Below are positions 1-9,737 of a DNA stretch of 34,971 bases, in pieces (the stretch's first letter is position 1; each line of letters opens with the position of its first letter). Source of the stretch: Fibrobacterota bacterium (GTDB lineage Bacteria > Fibrobacterota > Fibrobacteria > UBA11236); assembly GCA_043753995.1 (NCBI GenBank), contig JAYUVP010000129.1, positions 1-34,971 on the forward strand. Reading direction: 5' to 3'. Below the pieces are notes generated by a model. That model was given only the letters and a program-made list of their open reading frames with translations, had not been told where the DNA came from and did no database searches. The translations under genes were made by a program, and so were the position numbers.

Positions 1-5
1 CCGAC

Positions 6-1796
6 ATGATCCGCAGCATGCTGTCGGCTTTGGTATTACTTACATCCTTGGTGCAAGGACAGGGCCAGTCCATCGACCTCATGGGTGTAGTTCGGGACCG
101 AGCCTCAGGCTTGGGTATTTCCGAGGTGGAGGTTACCCTGTTGCACCGGGGACTCAAGGATACCAGCGACTCCCAGGGTCAGTTCCACCTTGACCAGGCG
201 CCGCCGGAGAGGTCCTGGTTGGAGAGGTTCGGGAAGGCCGACAGTCCCGTCTTTCTACTGGGGCGGGGCATCCTCATTCACAATACCGCTCCGGGACCCG
301 TCCACCTGCGTATTCTCGATATCACCGGAAAGATCTATGGTAATGCCTCGGCCAACCTAGGCACTGGAATATGGCTGATGAATCCCGGCAGATTGGAACC
401 CGGGGCTTATTTCGGAATTGTGAATACGATCACCGGCCGGCAATCCTTTCGATTCGTCGCTTTGAATTCCCCCTTTGGCAATGCCAGTGTGCCTCCAACG
501 CTCCTTTTCGATGAGTCTCGCCCCCTGTCCAACGCCACCGCCAACACGTTGGCGGTCGATTCCATCAAGGTGGTCAAAACGGGGTATTTCTCCACCGTAT
601 TCGGCATCACCAGCTTCATCGACAGCAATTTAGTGATAGAGCTCGACGCACCCAGCAGCAATGCGGACAAATGGATAGACAGTTGGGCAGCATCCTTCCT
701 ATCGACAACAGTAAACGGTCATGAACAGTCCACGCCGTCTTTCAACAATCAAACGTATCGGCTTAGCGTTTTCTCGAAACTCGGCGGCACACAAGCGCGG
801 GTAAAATTCACAAACAAATTCGCAACCAACAACCTCACTATAGGAGCAGCGCATATTGCGATTTGCTCAACCAACAACTCCATCGTCACCGCAAGCGACC
901 GAACATTAACGTTTGGAGGGAAGGAAGGCGTTACCCTTGCCCCCGGCGCAGAGATTTGGAGCGACTCGGTCGTACTCACCATAGCACAGCACGTCACCGT
1001 AGCTATTAGTGTTTACATTCCAGAAATTTTCAACCCAACAACATTTCACCCTACCGGATTGCACACAAGTTACCTCTCCGGTTCCGGCGATTTTACTGCT
1101 TCGACTACGCTTCCACTTAGCGAATCCAGTAATACGACTACCCAGGTTGTCATGGTATCGGGACTGCAAGTTTGGGCGCCTTCAACAAGCGAGGTTGCTA
1201 TTGCTTTCGGAAACTCCATTACCGATGGGGCAGGCGCAATCAATGACGACAATGGAACCTGGCCTGACGTCCTTTCCAAACGTTTGCCGGTATTGTCCTC
1301 GGGCGCCCCATTCGCGGTAATCAACATGGGTATCGGTTCAAACCGTGTGGTGTCCTCTGACCTTGCAGGGCCTTCAGGCGTACATCGTTTTGCCGATGAT
1401 GTACTGGCACGGCCAAACGTCAAGTATGTGATCCTGCTCGAGGGTATTAATGATATTTCATACGAACAAGCAAGTGATACTTCCATCACCAACGCATACG
1501 CAACCATGATTTCCGAGTCGCATGCTGCGGGTATAAAGGTTTATGGTGCCACCTTACTTCCCATCGGCAACTCAATCAAATACACGGTGGCCAACGAAAC
1601 CACACGACAGGCAGTCAACGCATGGATTCGCACACCGGGTAATTTCGATGCCGTGCTCGATTTCGAAGCCGTGGTGGGAGATACAACGACAAATCCATTG
1701 CGGATCAAATCCGATATGACGTTCGACTATGTCCACCCGAATGCCTTGGGTTATCAGGCAATTGGAAATTCCATCCCAACCGGGCTTTTCAAATAG
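6..1796 (+). CDS. Secreted SGNH/GDSL-family hydrolase (esterase) with N-terminal carboxypeptidase-regulatory-like / T9SS-sorting-domain-like module
   Basis: Signal peptide MIRSMLSALVLLTSLVQG. C-terminal SGNH blocks AFGNSITDG, NMGIGSNR, LEGINDI and DYVHPN. WIDSWAAS...GGTQARVKFTNKF is typical of this SGNH subfamily. Confidence 0.85.
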   Translation: MIRSMLSALVLLTSLVQGQGQSIDLMGVVRDRASGLGISEVEVTLLHRGLKDTSDSQGQFHLDQAPPERSWLERFGKADSPVFLLGRGILIHNTAPGPVHLRILDITGKIYGNASANLGTGIWLMNPGRLEPGAYFGIVNTITGRQSFRFVALNSPFGNASVPPTLLFDESRPLSNATANTLAVDSIKVVKTGYFSTVFGITSFIDSNLVIELDAPSSNADKWIDSWAASFLSTTVNGHEQSTPSFNNQTYRLSVFSKLGGTQARVKFTNKFATNNLTIGAAHIAICSTNNSIVTASDRTLTFGGKEGVTLAPGAEIWSDSVVLTIAQHVTVAISVYIPEIFNPTTFHPTGLHTSYLSGSGDFTASTTLPLSESSNTTTQVVMVSGLQVWAPSTSEVAIAFGNSITDGAGAINDDNGTWPDVLSKRLPVLSSGAPFAVINMGIGSNRVVSSDLAGPSGVHRFADDVLARPNVKYVILLEGINDISYEQASDTSITNAYATMISESHAAGIKVYGATLLPIGNSIKYTVANETTRQAVNAWIRTPGNFDAVLDFEAVVGDTTTNPLRIKSDMTFDYVHPNALGYQAIGNSIPTGLFK

Positions 1797-1942
1797 GGGT
1801 GCACAATCTTTCCTGCTCGCGTCCGCAGGGGAAGCGCTGTATTAAAGCGCCAATGACTTGGACGCAGCGACCGAGCCAGGGGGGCGTTTGAAAGGCCCAG
1901 AACCCGTGGCCGAGCCCCCCCGAAAAAAGTTTAGAGACTCAC

Positions 1943-4492
1943 TTATTCTCCGCGTGTGCCAGCAAGCAAATCGCGTAGTGACGTGCCACGTCCTCGAATC
2001 ATGGCCCAGGCCGAGGCAATGAGGCCGACACCTAAACCGCTGAGAAGGCCAAGCGGAAAAAACTCCCAAGGCGGGGCGAAGGCGATATCCCAAAGCAAGG
2101 TGTGAACGGCATACGCCGTGCCAATAGCTAAGGCGAGGCCTCCCAGAGTGGCCGCCAAAGCGAAGGCCACATAGTGGCGAAGTAAGGCCATGCGGAGAAT
2201 ACCCTCGGTAGCGCCCAAGGTACGTAAGAGCAAAAGACTGCGACGGCTGTCACGCAAAGCACCTTCGATCACGGTGGCGAGAATGCAAAGGCCAATCAAC
2301 AAATAGCCCCAGGATAGCATGGCGACCATGCGCTGTAATTGCCCCATCAAATGATCGAGGCGGCCTAAGGCCTCGGCCACTTCCATCACGCTCACATGAG
2401 GGTAGGCCTTGACTACGCTATCGCGAATGCCCGTGGCCAAAGGACCGGAGCTGACCACGGTACCCAAAAAGGTCTTGGGAGCCGGCTCGAGTGCGCCGGG
2501 TTGAAACAAAATGAAAAAATTAGGGCGAAAGGAATTCCATCGCACGCGCCGAAAGCTGGTAATGATTCCGGAAACCTCTACGCCTTGCACATCGAAGAGC
2601 AGGGTGTCGCCCAAGGACAGATTCAATTTGGCCGCGAACCCTTGCTCCATGCTGATTTGGGGGAGACTATCCAGAGATTCCGGGGCGCGCGTCGTCCAAA
2701 ATGTACCCGATGTAACACGTTCCGAAGGTAATAGCACCTCGCGATAACTCAAATTGAAACCGCGATTGCGCATGCGCGCGCGGGCTTTTTCCTCCAAGGT
2801 GCCAGCCTCAGCATCATCGCGACGAAAGCCTTGGCCATTGACGGCTTGCAAGCGGGCTCGCACCATGGGCGAAAGGGTTTCCAGAGGTTTTCCCAATTTG
2901 TCCAGCAGGGCTTGCAGGCCCTGGCTTTCCTCTTCCTGAATGTCGAAGAGAAAAAGGCTGGGTAAGACCTGCCCCTGGGGGGCGCGCAATTCCTCAGCGA
3001 GAGAATGACGCAATAAAGGCAATAGGGCAATGGAGAAGGCCGTGAAGCCCAAGGCAAAGAAAGCCGTGAGCGAACGGCCCGGACGCAAATGCATGGCTCC
3101 CAGCAAAACGCGATCGGCATAGCCAAGCCGGGATCGCATTTGCCACAGGGTTTTTACTAGGCCATAGCCTAATCCATACATGAGGGCCCAGGAGACGATC
3201 AATATGCCCAGCGACGCGGAGCCCAGTAGCCAGGAATGCGATATCCACCGTGCGAAGAAAAGCACCCCCGTGGCTTGCAGCATGGACAAAACCAGGCGCC
3301 AAGCCCAAGGCAAGGGCTGCGCCGCTCCGGGTCTTAAAAGCAAGGCGGGTGAAGTGGACCCTAAGCGCCAGAATTCGGCGGCGCCAAAAAGCAAGGCGGT
3401 GCAGGCCGGTAAAACCAAGCCGAGCACCCAGGTGGGCAGGGGCAAGCCGGCATTTAGGCTGAGGCCATAAACGGCCTTGACCCAAGGCAAAAAGGCTTGC
3501 AGAGCGGCCAAGGCCAAAAGCAAACCACAAAGCGAGCTGAGTAGCGCCAGGGCTAGGCATTGCAGCAAAAAAGTCCTTCGCACCGCAGCAGGGGAATAAC
3601 CCAGAGTGCGCAATAAGGCGGCGCGCGGCCTTTCGGATTCCAGGTGGCGGCTGAAAAAGAAGGTGGCGCCAATGGAGGCCAGTAAATAGGCCCCCATGGC
3701 CAAGATTTTGAGAAAGCCACCCACATTGTCGAGCAGACGACCCAAATCGCTATCGCGATCCCCTACCGAGCGAATGTCGATTTCAGGATCGTCGAGGGAT
3801 TTTTCCAATTGCCGACGCAAGGCATTGGCATCTATGCCTTCGGGAAAGGCGTAAAAGCGATACCGGAAAATGCGGCTGCCATATTGATCAAGTCCGGTGG
3901 CGGCCATGTCAGCGAAACGCATGTAGAGGCGTCCGCCCATTTCCCAAAGGTCAAAGCCACCTCCCGGCCTTTGAGTAAAGGCGGCGCGCAAAAGAAAGCG
4001 ATGGCCGCCAATGGCAATGCTGTCGCCGATTTTCAAACCCAGGGAGGCCAGCAAGGCCGGAGGAGCCAAGACTTCGCCACGACGCCAGTCTTGCAGGGTA
4101 AAGCCGGGAGAGGATTTCGGCTCGAATTGGAAGGCTCCGAAAAGCGGATAGGCCGAGTCGACGGCCTTGATTTGCACCAATCGACTATTGCCATTCGTGC
4201 CGGCTACCATGGAGAGAAAGCCCGAGGAATAAGCCTCTCGCGTCCCCGCGGGCAAAGCGGTTTGAAGGGTCAGGGATTCGGCCGCCGTTAAGGGTCGACG
4301 CGACTGTATTTGTAAATCCGATTCCAGCAAATCGCGGCTTCGGCCGCCCAGGTCGGTTTCGACGCGACGCCATAAGCCGTCGACGATAAGGAAAATGCCC
4401 AATCCCAAGCTATAGAGCCCGACAAAGACCAAGACGGCATTGCGGCGATGCCGTAGCAGGCGCAGGAAAAGGGGTAAATGGGTTGTCATCAT
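1943..4492 (-). CDS. ybbP: ABC transporter permease, YbbP/FtsX-like
   Basis: 849 aa with a duplicated TM/periplasmic layout, ALLRTLG and LLLLRTLGA motifs, PSLFLFDIQ and ITSFRRVRWNSFRPNFF. ATGA overlap with the upstream ATPase. Confidence 0.85.
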   Translation of the reverse strand: MMTTHLPLFLRLLRHRRNAVLVFVGLYSLGLGIFLIVDGLWRRVETDLGGRSRDLLESDLQIQSRRPLTAAESLTLQTALPAGTREAYSSGFLSMVAGTNGNSRLVQIKAVDSAYPLFGAFQFEPKSSPGFTLQDWRRGEVLAPPALLASLGLKIGDSIAIGGHRFLLRAAFTQRPGGGFDLWEMGGRLYMRFADMAATGLDQYGSRIFRYRFYAFPEGIDANALRRQLEKSLDDPEIDIRSVGDRDSDLGRLLDNVGGFLKILAMGAYLLASIGATFFFSRHLESERPRAALLRTLGYSPAAVRRTFLLQCLALALLSSLCGLLLALAALQAFLPWVKAVYGLSLNAGLPLPTWVLGLVLPACTALLFGAAEFWRLGSTSPALLLRPGAAQPLPWAWRLVLSMLQATGVLFFARWISHSWLLGSASLGILIVSWALMYGLGYGLVKTLWQMRSRLGYADRVLLGAMHLRPGRSLTAFFALGFTAFSIALLPLLRHSLAEELRAPQGQVLPSLFLFDIQEEESQGLQALLDKLGKPLETLSPMVRARLQAVNGQGFRRDDAEAGTLEEKARARMRNRGFNLSYREVLLPSERVTSGTFWTTRAPESLDSLPQISMEQGFAAKLNLSLGDTLLFDVQGVEVSGIITSFRRVRWNSFRPNFFILFQPGALEPAPKTFLGTVVSSGPLATGIRDSVVKAYPHVSVMEVAEALGRLDHLMGQLQRMVAMLSWGYLLIGLCILATVIEGALRDSRRSLLLLRTLGATEGILRMALLRHYVAFALAATLGGLALAIGTAYAVHTLLWDIAFAPPWEFFPLGLLSGLGVGLIASAWAMIRGRGTSLRDLLAGTRGE

Positions 4493-5175
4493 GCGACAAA
4501 ACGACCGAAATGCAAATTCAAAATGCGATCGCAGCGTTTGGCCAATTCGCGATTATGCGTGACCAAAATGGCCGCCAAACCGGTTTTTCGGATCAAGTCG
4601 AAAAGCAAGTCTTCGACTTCTCGGGCCGTGACTTCGTCAAGATTGCCCGTGGGTTCATCGGCGAAAAGCAAATCGGGCTTGCCTACCAAGGCGCGCGCCA
4701 AAGCGACACGCTGCTGCTCTCCACCCGATAGTTGATGCGGAAAATGCTGGGCTCGCTCGGACAGGCCCACGCTTTGCAAAATGGCCATGGCCTGACTACG
4801 CAAGTCCGCGGCCCGATTTTTGGCGCTTGCGATTTCCAGGGGCAAGGCCACATTTTCCCAGGCCGTAAGCGAGGGTACCAAGTGATAATCTTGAAAGACA
4901 ATGCCTATATGGCGCCCACGCCATCGCGCCAATTCAGTTTCGCTGTAATTGGAAAGCTTTTGATCCCCATAAAGCAAGGAGCCCGCATCGGGTTTATCCA
5001 AACCTGCCAAAAGGCTGAGCAAGGTGGTTTTGCCACTGCCCGAAGCGCCGACGATGGCCACGCATTCTCCGGCATGCAGGGAAAGGCTGGCATCGGCCAA
5101 AACCGATAGGCTGCCATATTTTTTGGCCAAGCCCTCGGCGACCAATAAAGGAGAAACGGTCTTTGCTATGGCCAC
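4489..5175 (-). CDS. ybbA: ABC transporter ATP-binding protein, YbbA/LolD-like
   Basis: Walker A GASGSGKT, signature LSGGEQQR, Walker B LLFADEPTGNLD, H-loop VTH. GGAGGTG Shine-Dalgarno before the GTG start. Confidence 0.9.
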   Translation of the reverse strand: MAIAKTVSPLLVAEGLAKKYGSLSVLADASLSLHAGECVAIVGASGSGKTTLLSLLAGLDKPDAGSLLYGDQKLSNYSETELARWRGRHIGIVFQDYHLVPSLTAWENVALPLEIASAKNRAADLRSQAMAILQSVGLSERAQHFPHQLSGGEQQRVALARALVGKPDLLFADEPTGNLDEVTAREVEDLLFDLIRKTGLAAILVTHNRELAKRCDRILNLHFGRFVA

Positions 5176-5249
5176 TACGACACCTCCGAGGGGGAAAGCT
5201 TCCAGAAGCCAAATAAAAAATTGGGGAGGCGGGCCACACTAAAAAGTCG

Positions 5250-5288
5250 AAAAAAAAGCCCCATGGATTCACTCCATGAGGCTTTTTT
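5250..5288 (-). terminator. Intrinsic terminator downstream of the MFS gene (bidirectional form)
   Basis: A-run, stem GCC-C-CATGGA / TCCATG-A-GGC with loop TTCAC, then T-run. Lies 20 nt past the MFS stop. Confidence 0.85.
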
Positions 5289-5308
5289 GCATTTGCTGGC
5301 GAAAAGCT

Positions 5309-6919
5309 TTACTTGGCGTCTTCGATGCGAAGAGGCTTATATCCGCCGATGGTTTTGAAGTACAAGAGCATGGCGAGATAAATGAGAGCCATGGCAAAAG
5401 GAATATAGGCGTCGGCCTTCAAAGTCGCGCGGTCGCCATGCTGATCGGCGGCCACAATGGCTTTTTGTTCCTCAGTCGCGGCTGCACCCGCGGCCTTAGC
5501 TTCGCCAAGCTTTTTGCCGTCAATGGCATTGACACCTGCTAAGAACAAGAACTTGGACGGTGCTTCGGCTTTCACCTGCTCGTAAACGGCAGGGCTGGTC
5601 TGCTGCAAGTGCTCAGCGGCAAAACGGTCCTTGGAATAACCCAAACCAGGGCCGCCGAGGAGACCTGCGGAAAGCATGCCGATACCACCCATGATGGAAA
5701 TGGCAACGGCGCCAGTACGGGGAAAGCGGTCGGAAGCGACGGCAAGCATGGTAGGCCAGAAGAAAGTCTTACCCAGGGCATAAATACCCAAGGCAATGAG
5801 GGCCATGGTGAAGGAATTCATGGTGCTGGACATGCGAAGGCCGATCACGGCCAAGGTGGCGCTAATCAGCAAGAGACCGATAGGCGAAACCTTCAAGTTC
5901 TTTTCGATGAAATGGACGCAGAAGCGAAGGCCGAACATGATGGCCGAAGTCCAGATGAAGAGGTATTTACCCTGCTCCGAAGTGAACAAATTGCCGGTGA
6001 TATTCTGGATCCAGCCATCCGTGCCGAGCTCGACCGCGCCAACCAAGAGATGGGTGACAAACAGAGCGAAGAGCAGGAAAGAGCCAATGGAAAACTTGGT
6101 GATAATACCCACGCCAATCAGCATGGCACCCGAAAGAGCATAAGCCGCCCATTGGGGTAAGCCGAGATTTCCGGAGAAGAACAAGGTCAGCAAATAGCAA
6201 ATGACGAGAGCGCCGATGATGCCGACATCCTTGAACATTTCGCCGAGCTTGGCGCCTTTTTGCGAGGCTTCGGACTTGGGAAATTTCTGGCCGAAAAACA
6301 TGATGCCATAGCCAATGGTGGGCACGAGATAAAAGGCCAACTGGACTTTCCAATTCACCTTCATCTTATCGTCGAGAATCCAACCAATGATGGCACCGAG
6401 CACCATACCTGCGGGCCAGCTGGCATGCAGGATATTCAGGTAATGAGCGCGAGCCTTAGGGAACATGGTAGCCACCAGGGGATTGGCGACGGCTTCCAGA
6501 GTTCCGTTGGCGAAAGCGAATATGAACATGCCCCAGGTTAAGAAGGCAGCGGCATTAGCCGGGGTGGAGGCACCGAAAGTCACAAAGGCGGAGATGATAT
6601 GACAAGCAAAAGCGGCGAGGACCAATTTTCCATAACCGATTTTATCGACGATAATGCCGCCGATAATGATGCCGAAGCAAAAACCCGTGAAGCCAGCGCC
6701 GCCGATGGCACCGAGTTGTAAACCAGTAAAGCCGTACTCGGCTCCCCAGTTGTCGAAAATGCCTCCGCGCAGGGCAAAGCCCACGCCAGCGGCAAGAATG
6801 GCCATGAAGCCGGCCCAAAGGAGCCGGTTGGCATTGTAAGCGTCATTCCCAGAGTTCTGAGAATTAGAGCCGCTACCAGATTGATTGTTACTGACCGAAG
6901 CCAGGCTTTGGGTTGTCAT
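5309..6919 (-). CDS. MFS transporter (possibly sugar-type)
   Basis: About 12 hydrophobic segments, motif [11 protein letters not shown], second-half [10 protein letters not shown], and EAVANPLVA reminiscent of fucose-permease-like MFS. Confidence 0.85.
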   Translation of the reverse strand: MTTQSLASVSNNQSGSGSNSQNSGNDAYNANRLLWAGFMAILAAGVGFALRGGIFDNWGAEYGFTGLQLGAIGGAGFTGFCFGIIIGGIIVDKIGYGKLVLAAFACHIISAFVTFGASTPANAAAFLTWGMFIFAFANGTLEAVANPLVATMFPKARAHYLNILHASWPAGMVLGAIIGWILDDKMKVNWKVQLAFYLVPTIGYGIMFFGQKFPKSEASQKGAKLGEMFKDVGIIGALVICYLLTLFFSGNLGLPQWAAYALSGAMLIGVGIITKFSIGSFLLFALFVTHLLVGAVELGTDGWIQNITGNLFTSEQGKYLFIWTSAIMFGLRFCVHFIEKNLKVSPIGLLLISATLAVIGLRMSSTMNSFTMALIALGIYALGKTFFWPTMLAVASDRFPRTGAVAISIMGGIGMLSAGLLGGPGLGYSKDRFAAEHLQQTSPAVYEQVKAEAPSKFLFLAGVNAIDGKKLGEAKAAGAAATEEQKAIVAADQHGDRATLKADAYIPFAMALIYLAMLLYFKTIGGYKPLRIEDAK

Positions 6920-7060
6920 CGTTTACCCTTTGCAAAGAGGACTAAAATGGGGATGAAAAAGTTTCAAATTTACAGCCGCTGCCCTCTTTCCGCGGCCATG
7001 AGGGCGTAAATGTACTGCAAGTAACTTTCCGCCGCCATTGCCGGTCAAAAAAAAATCATT

Positions 7061-7095
7061 AATAAAAAGGGACTCAAAATCGACAGTCTGAGCCC
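7061..7095 (-). terminator. Possible intrinsic terminator after uppP-tesA
   Basis: Minus strand reads GGGCTCAGA...TTTGAGTCCC followed by TTTTTATT. The stem has a bulge and a G-U pair. Confidence 0.4.
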
Positions 7096-7150
7096 AATTC
7101 TAATGGAATCGGCAGTCTTTGGCGTTTTTTTGCGTCAGCGGCTCAAATTT

Positions 7151-7852
7151 CTAGGGGTTTTTCGTTTCGGATTTGGCTGGGGCGGCAAAGAAGCCTGGTA
7201 GGGGAATTAGGAATTGAAATAATTGTTTCGCCATTAAAGCATGCCCTGGGACATTGGGATGTATGCCGTCGCCCTGATTCATTTTGGGATTGCCCGCCAC
7301 GCCATCCAAAAGAAAAGGGAAATACGGTAAACCATACTGAGAGGCCAAGGAATCGAAGATTCCGGTGAAAGCGCTGGCATATTCGGCCCCATAATTCGGG
7401 GGCACTTTTAGTCCAGCTAAAATCACTTTCCAGCCTCGTTTCTGACAAAACCGAATGGTGGAATCCAAGTTCTTACGCGTTTCTTCAATGGGTATGCCGC
7501 GAAGCCCATCATTGCTACCCAAGGCAAGCATGACCCACTCGGGTCGCGAACGGGCATACCATTCGAGGCGACGGATGGCTCCTGCCGAGGTGGCGCCACT
7601 CACTCCACCGCCTATGACCTTGGCGCCAGGAAACCGAGCTTGCATCAGGGAATCAAGCAGGGCGGGATAGGCCTGCTCAGGCTCCACGCCATAGCCCTCG
7701 GTGAGACTATCGCCTAAAATCAGCAAACGCGGTGGGCGAGCTGTGGCGGCAATAAGTAGGGTGAGCAAGAGGATCGCGACAGCAAATCGAATCAGGGATT
7801 GCCGAAGGATAGGTCGGCGACCGGCCTGAGGCGCTCCGGCATTCGAATTCAT
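7151..7852 (-). CDS. tesA: Arylesterase / acyl-CoA thioesterase I (GDSL)
   Basis: ILGDSLTEGYG, GVSGATS, ALGSNDGLRG, DGIHPN. N-terminal hydrophobic signal. Start set at ATG 7852, which overlaps the uppP stop (ATGA). Confidence 0.85.
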   Translation of the reverse strand: MNSNAGAPQAGRRPILRQSLIRFAVAILLLTLLIAATARPPRLLILGDSLTEGYGVEPEQAYPALLDSLMQARFPGAKVIGGGVSGATSAGAIRRLEWYARSRPEWVMLALGSNDGLRGIPIEETRKNLDSTIRFCQKRGWKVILAGLKVPPNYGAEYASAFTGIFDSLASQYGLPYFPFLLDGVAGNPKMNQGDGIHPNVPGHALMAKQLFQFLIPLPGFFAAPAKSETKNP

Positions 7853-8685
7853 ATTCGAGAAAATACCCACCCAGCCAAGCCGGCCAAAACGATGCGGTAA
7901 ATGCCGAAAATAGATAAAGTGTGACGAGATAGATATTGCATAAAGAATTTCACGGCGAACCAGGCCGACCCGAGAGAAACGAAAAAGCCGAGGGCGAAGA
8001 AACCTGCGTCTTCGACATGCAATAGGTGAAGGTTCTTATACAGGTCATAAAAAGCCGCCGCCGTGATGAGAGGGACGGCGGCAAGAAAGGAAAATTCCGC
8101 CGCCGTCTTACGATCCAAACCGAGAAGCATACCGCCCAGGATGGTGCTTGAAGCCCGCGACATGCCGGGCCACAGGGCAAGGCATTGAAAGCAGCCGATG
8201 ATAAAAGCATTCTTCAGTGATATTCTCGATACATCGAATTTGCTTGCCCGCGGACCGAATTTTTCCACCAGCAAAATCAAGACACCACCCACTCCAAGGC
8301 CCACGGCCACGGTCAAAGGGTTGAATAAATGGGCTTTAATGGTAGAATGCAATAGCTTGCCCATAATCAAACCGGGAAGAGTGACTACGAATAAAAGCAA
8401 TAATCCGCGCTTACCCTTGAAGGCTTGGGGGCCCTCTTGACTTGGCACGTTCCCCGAGACCTTGGCGGACTTAAAAGGAATTAGGGCGAGAAAACGTTCG
8501 CGAAATAAACCCACCACCGCAAGGATGGCTCCGAACTGAATAAAAACTTCGAAGCAATCGGCCTTTTCACCTGTGAAGCCAAGCAAATGTCCGGTGAGGA
8601 TGAGATGTCCAGTGGAAGAGACGGGCAAAAACTCGGTAACGCCCTCCACAAGTCCGAGCACAATGGCGGTGATCCAAAGAAGCAT
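7849..8685 (-). CDS. uppP: Undecaprenyl-diphosphate phosphatase
   Basis: GLVEGVTEFLPVSSTGHL, IQFGAILAV, PGMSRASSTI, AAEFSF and FGIYRI motifs. ATG 8685 preferred over TTG 8697. Confidence 0.93.
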   Translation of the reverse strand: MLLWITAIVLGLVEGVTEFLPVSSTGHLILTGHLLGFTGEKADCFEVFIQFGAILAVVGLFRERFLALIPFKSAKVSGNVPSQEGPQAFKGKRGLLLLFVVTLPGLIMGKLLHSTIKAHLFNPLTVAVGLGVGGVLILLVEKFGPRASKFDVSRISLKNAFIIGCFQCLALWPGMSRASSTILGGMLLGLDRKTAAEFSFLAAVPLITAAAFYDLYKNLHLLHVEDAGFFALGFFVSLGSAWFAVKFFMQYLSRHTLSIFGIYRIVLAGLAGWVFSRI

Positions 8686-8744
8686 GATCCGCAGCAAAGT
8701 AGTTAACGGAGTATTTCTATTTAAGTCTTTTCGAGGAGGTGAGC

Positions 8745-9737
8745 ATGCCGTCTTTTATGGCCCAATCCCACAAGTGGAAAACCAAGGCCCAAGGAGGAGA
8801 TGGTACGGCCTTGCTGATGGTGCATGGCATTGGAAACGTGCAATCGGGAACCTATGACTTCTTGAATCCCAAGATACAGCAGGCCTTAGGGGCCAAGGCC
8901 GGCAAGACTCCGGTGTATTGGCTTTATTATGACTTCATCAATGATTGGTTCAAGGAAAAAGTCCGCCTGGAATCTGCCCTAAGCGAATGCAAGCAATGGA
9001 TCAGTTCTCAAATCGGCGGAGGCTTGGCGCAAATCGCATCGGAAATCATAGCCGATGTCTTTTGGCCCGTGCTCAGCCTGTCGGCGCGCAATGCCGTTCA
9101 GGATGCCTATTTGCAACAAATACAACGCCTAGTGCTCGACGGCATTGAAGCCGGCTTTCCTCCCGACTTCCAGAAAATCTCCATTGTCTGCCACAGCCTC
9201 GGTTGTTTTCATACCTATGAAATTTTGCATCGCTGCGTGAATGACACTTCAGCGCATTTGCACCCCGTCCAAGATGGTCTGCGTTTTTCCAGCGTGATTT
9301 TCATGGCCTCGCCGGTCAAAATGATTCGCAGCGTCTCCCAGGCCTTGAGTCTCCTCGTTCCTTCCGGTTTAGCCACCACGGCGAGTCAGGGTTTATTTGC
9401 GCCCATGGCGGAAACTTTGAGTGGAGGCAAGGTGGCCTCCGTGAAGAAATGGGTTTCGATAACCGGGGCTCTAGATCCTGTCGGTGGCCATTCTTTCCGT
9501 AAAAAATTGGATTGGGCCTATATGAATGTGCCCGCCTCGCCACCTTTCATCGGCCAACAAAGCCTGATCGATTCCCAAGACTGGCTTTCGGTGACCACGG
9601 AGGCGGAATTGAGGCTTTTACTCCAGACGGCATTGGCGCAAAGTCAAGCCGGACAAATTCCTTTGAATAATCCCCATTCTTGGGAGGATTATATCATGAG
9701 ACATACTACCGAATTGGAGAATTGGCTGTGCGCCTAA
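8745..9737 (+). CDS. Alpha/beta-hydrolase-fold protein (lipase/esterase-like), function unknown
   Basis: VHGIG oxyanion motif, CHSLG nucleophile elbow, DPVGG and NPHSW as candidate Asp and His. Strong SD AGGAGG before ATG 8745. Confidence 0.7.
   Translation: MPSFMAQSHKWKTKAQGGDGTALLMVHGIGNVQSGTYDFLNPKIQQALGAKAGKTPVYWLYYDFINDWFKEKVRLESALSECKQWISSQIGGGLAQIASEIIADVFWPVLSLSARNAVQDAYLQQIQRLVLDGIEAGFPPDFQKISIVCHSLGCFHTYEILHRCVNDTSAHLHPVQDGLRFSSVIFMASPVKMIRSVSQALSLLVPSGLATTASQGLFAPMAETLSGGKVASVKKWVSITGALDPVGGHSFRKKLDWAYMNVPASPPFIGQQSLIDSQDWLSVTTEAELRLLLQTALAQSQAGQIPLNNPHSWEDYIMRHTTELENWLCA

Noticed and set aside
1200..1230. GNS instead of GDS in SGNH block I as a sign of inactivation
   Set aside because: The catalytic Ser and the DxxH motif are intact, and GNS is a tolerated variant in SGNH hydrolases.
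1797..1942. Integron attC site or IS end
   Set aside because: No matching RYYYAAC/GTTRRRY pair, and no integrase, transposase or target duplication visible.
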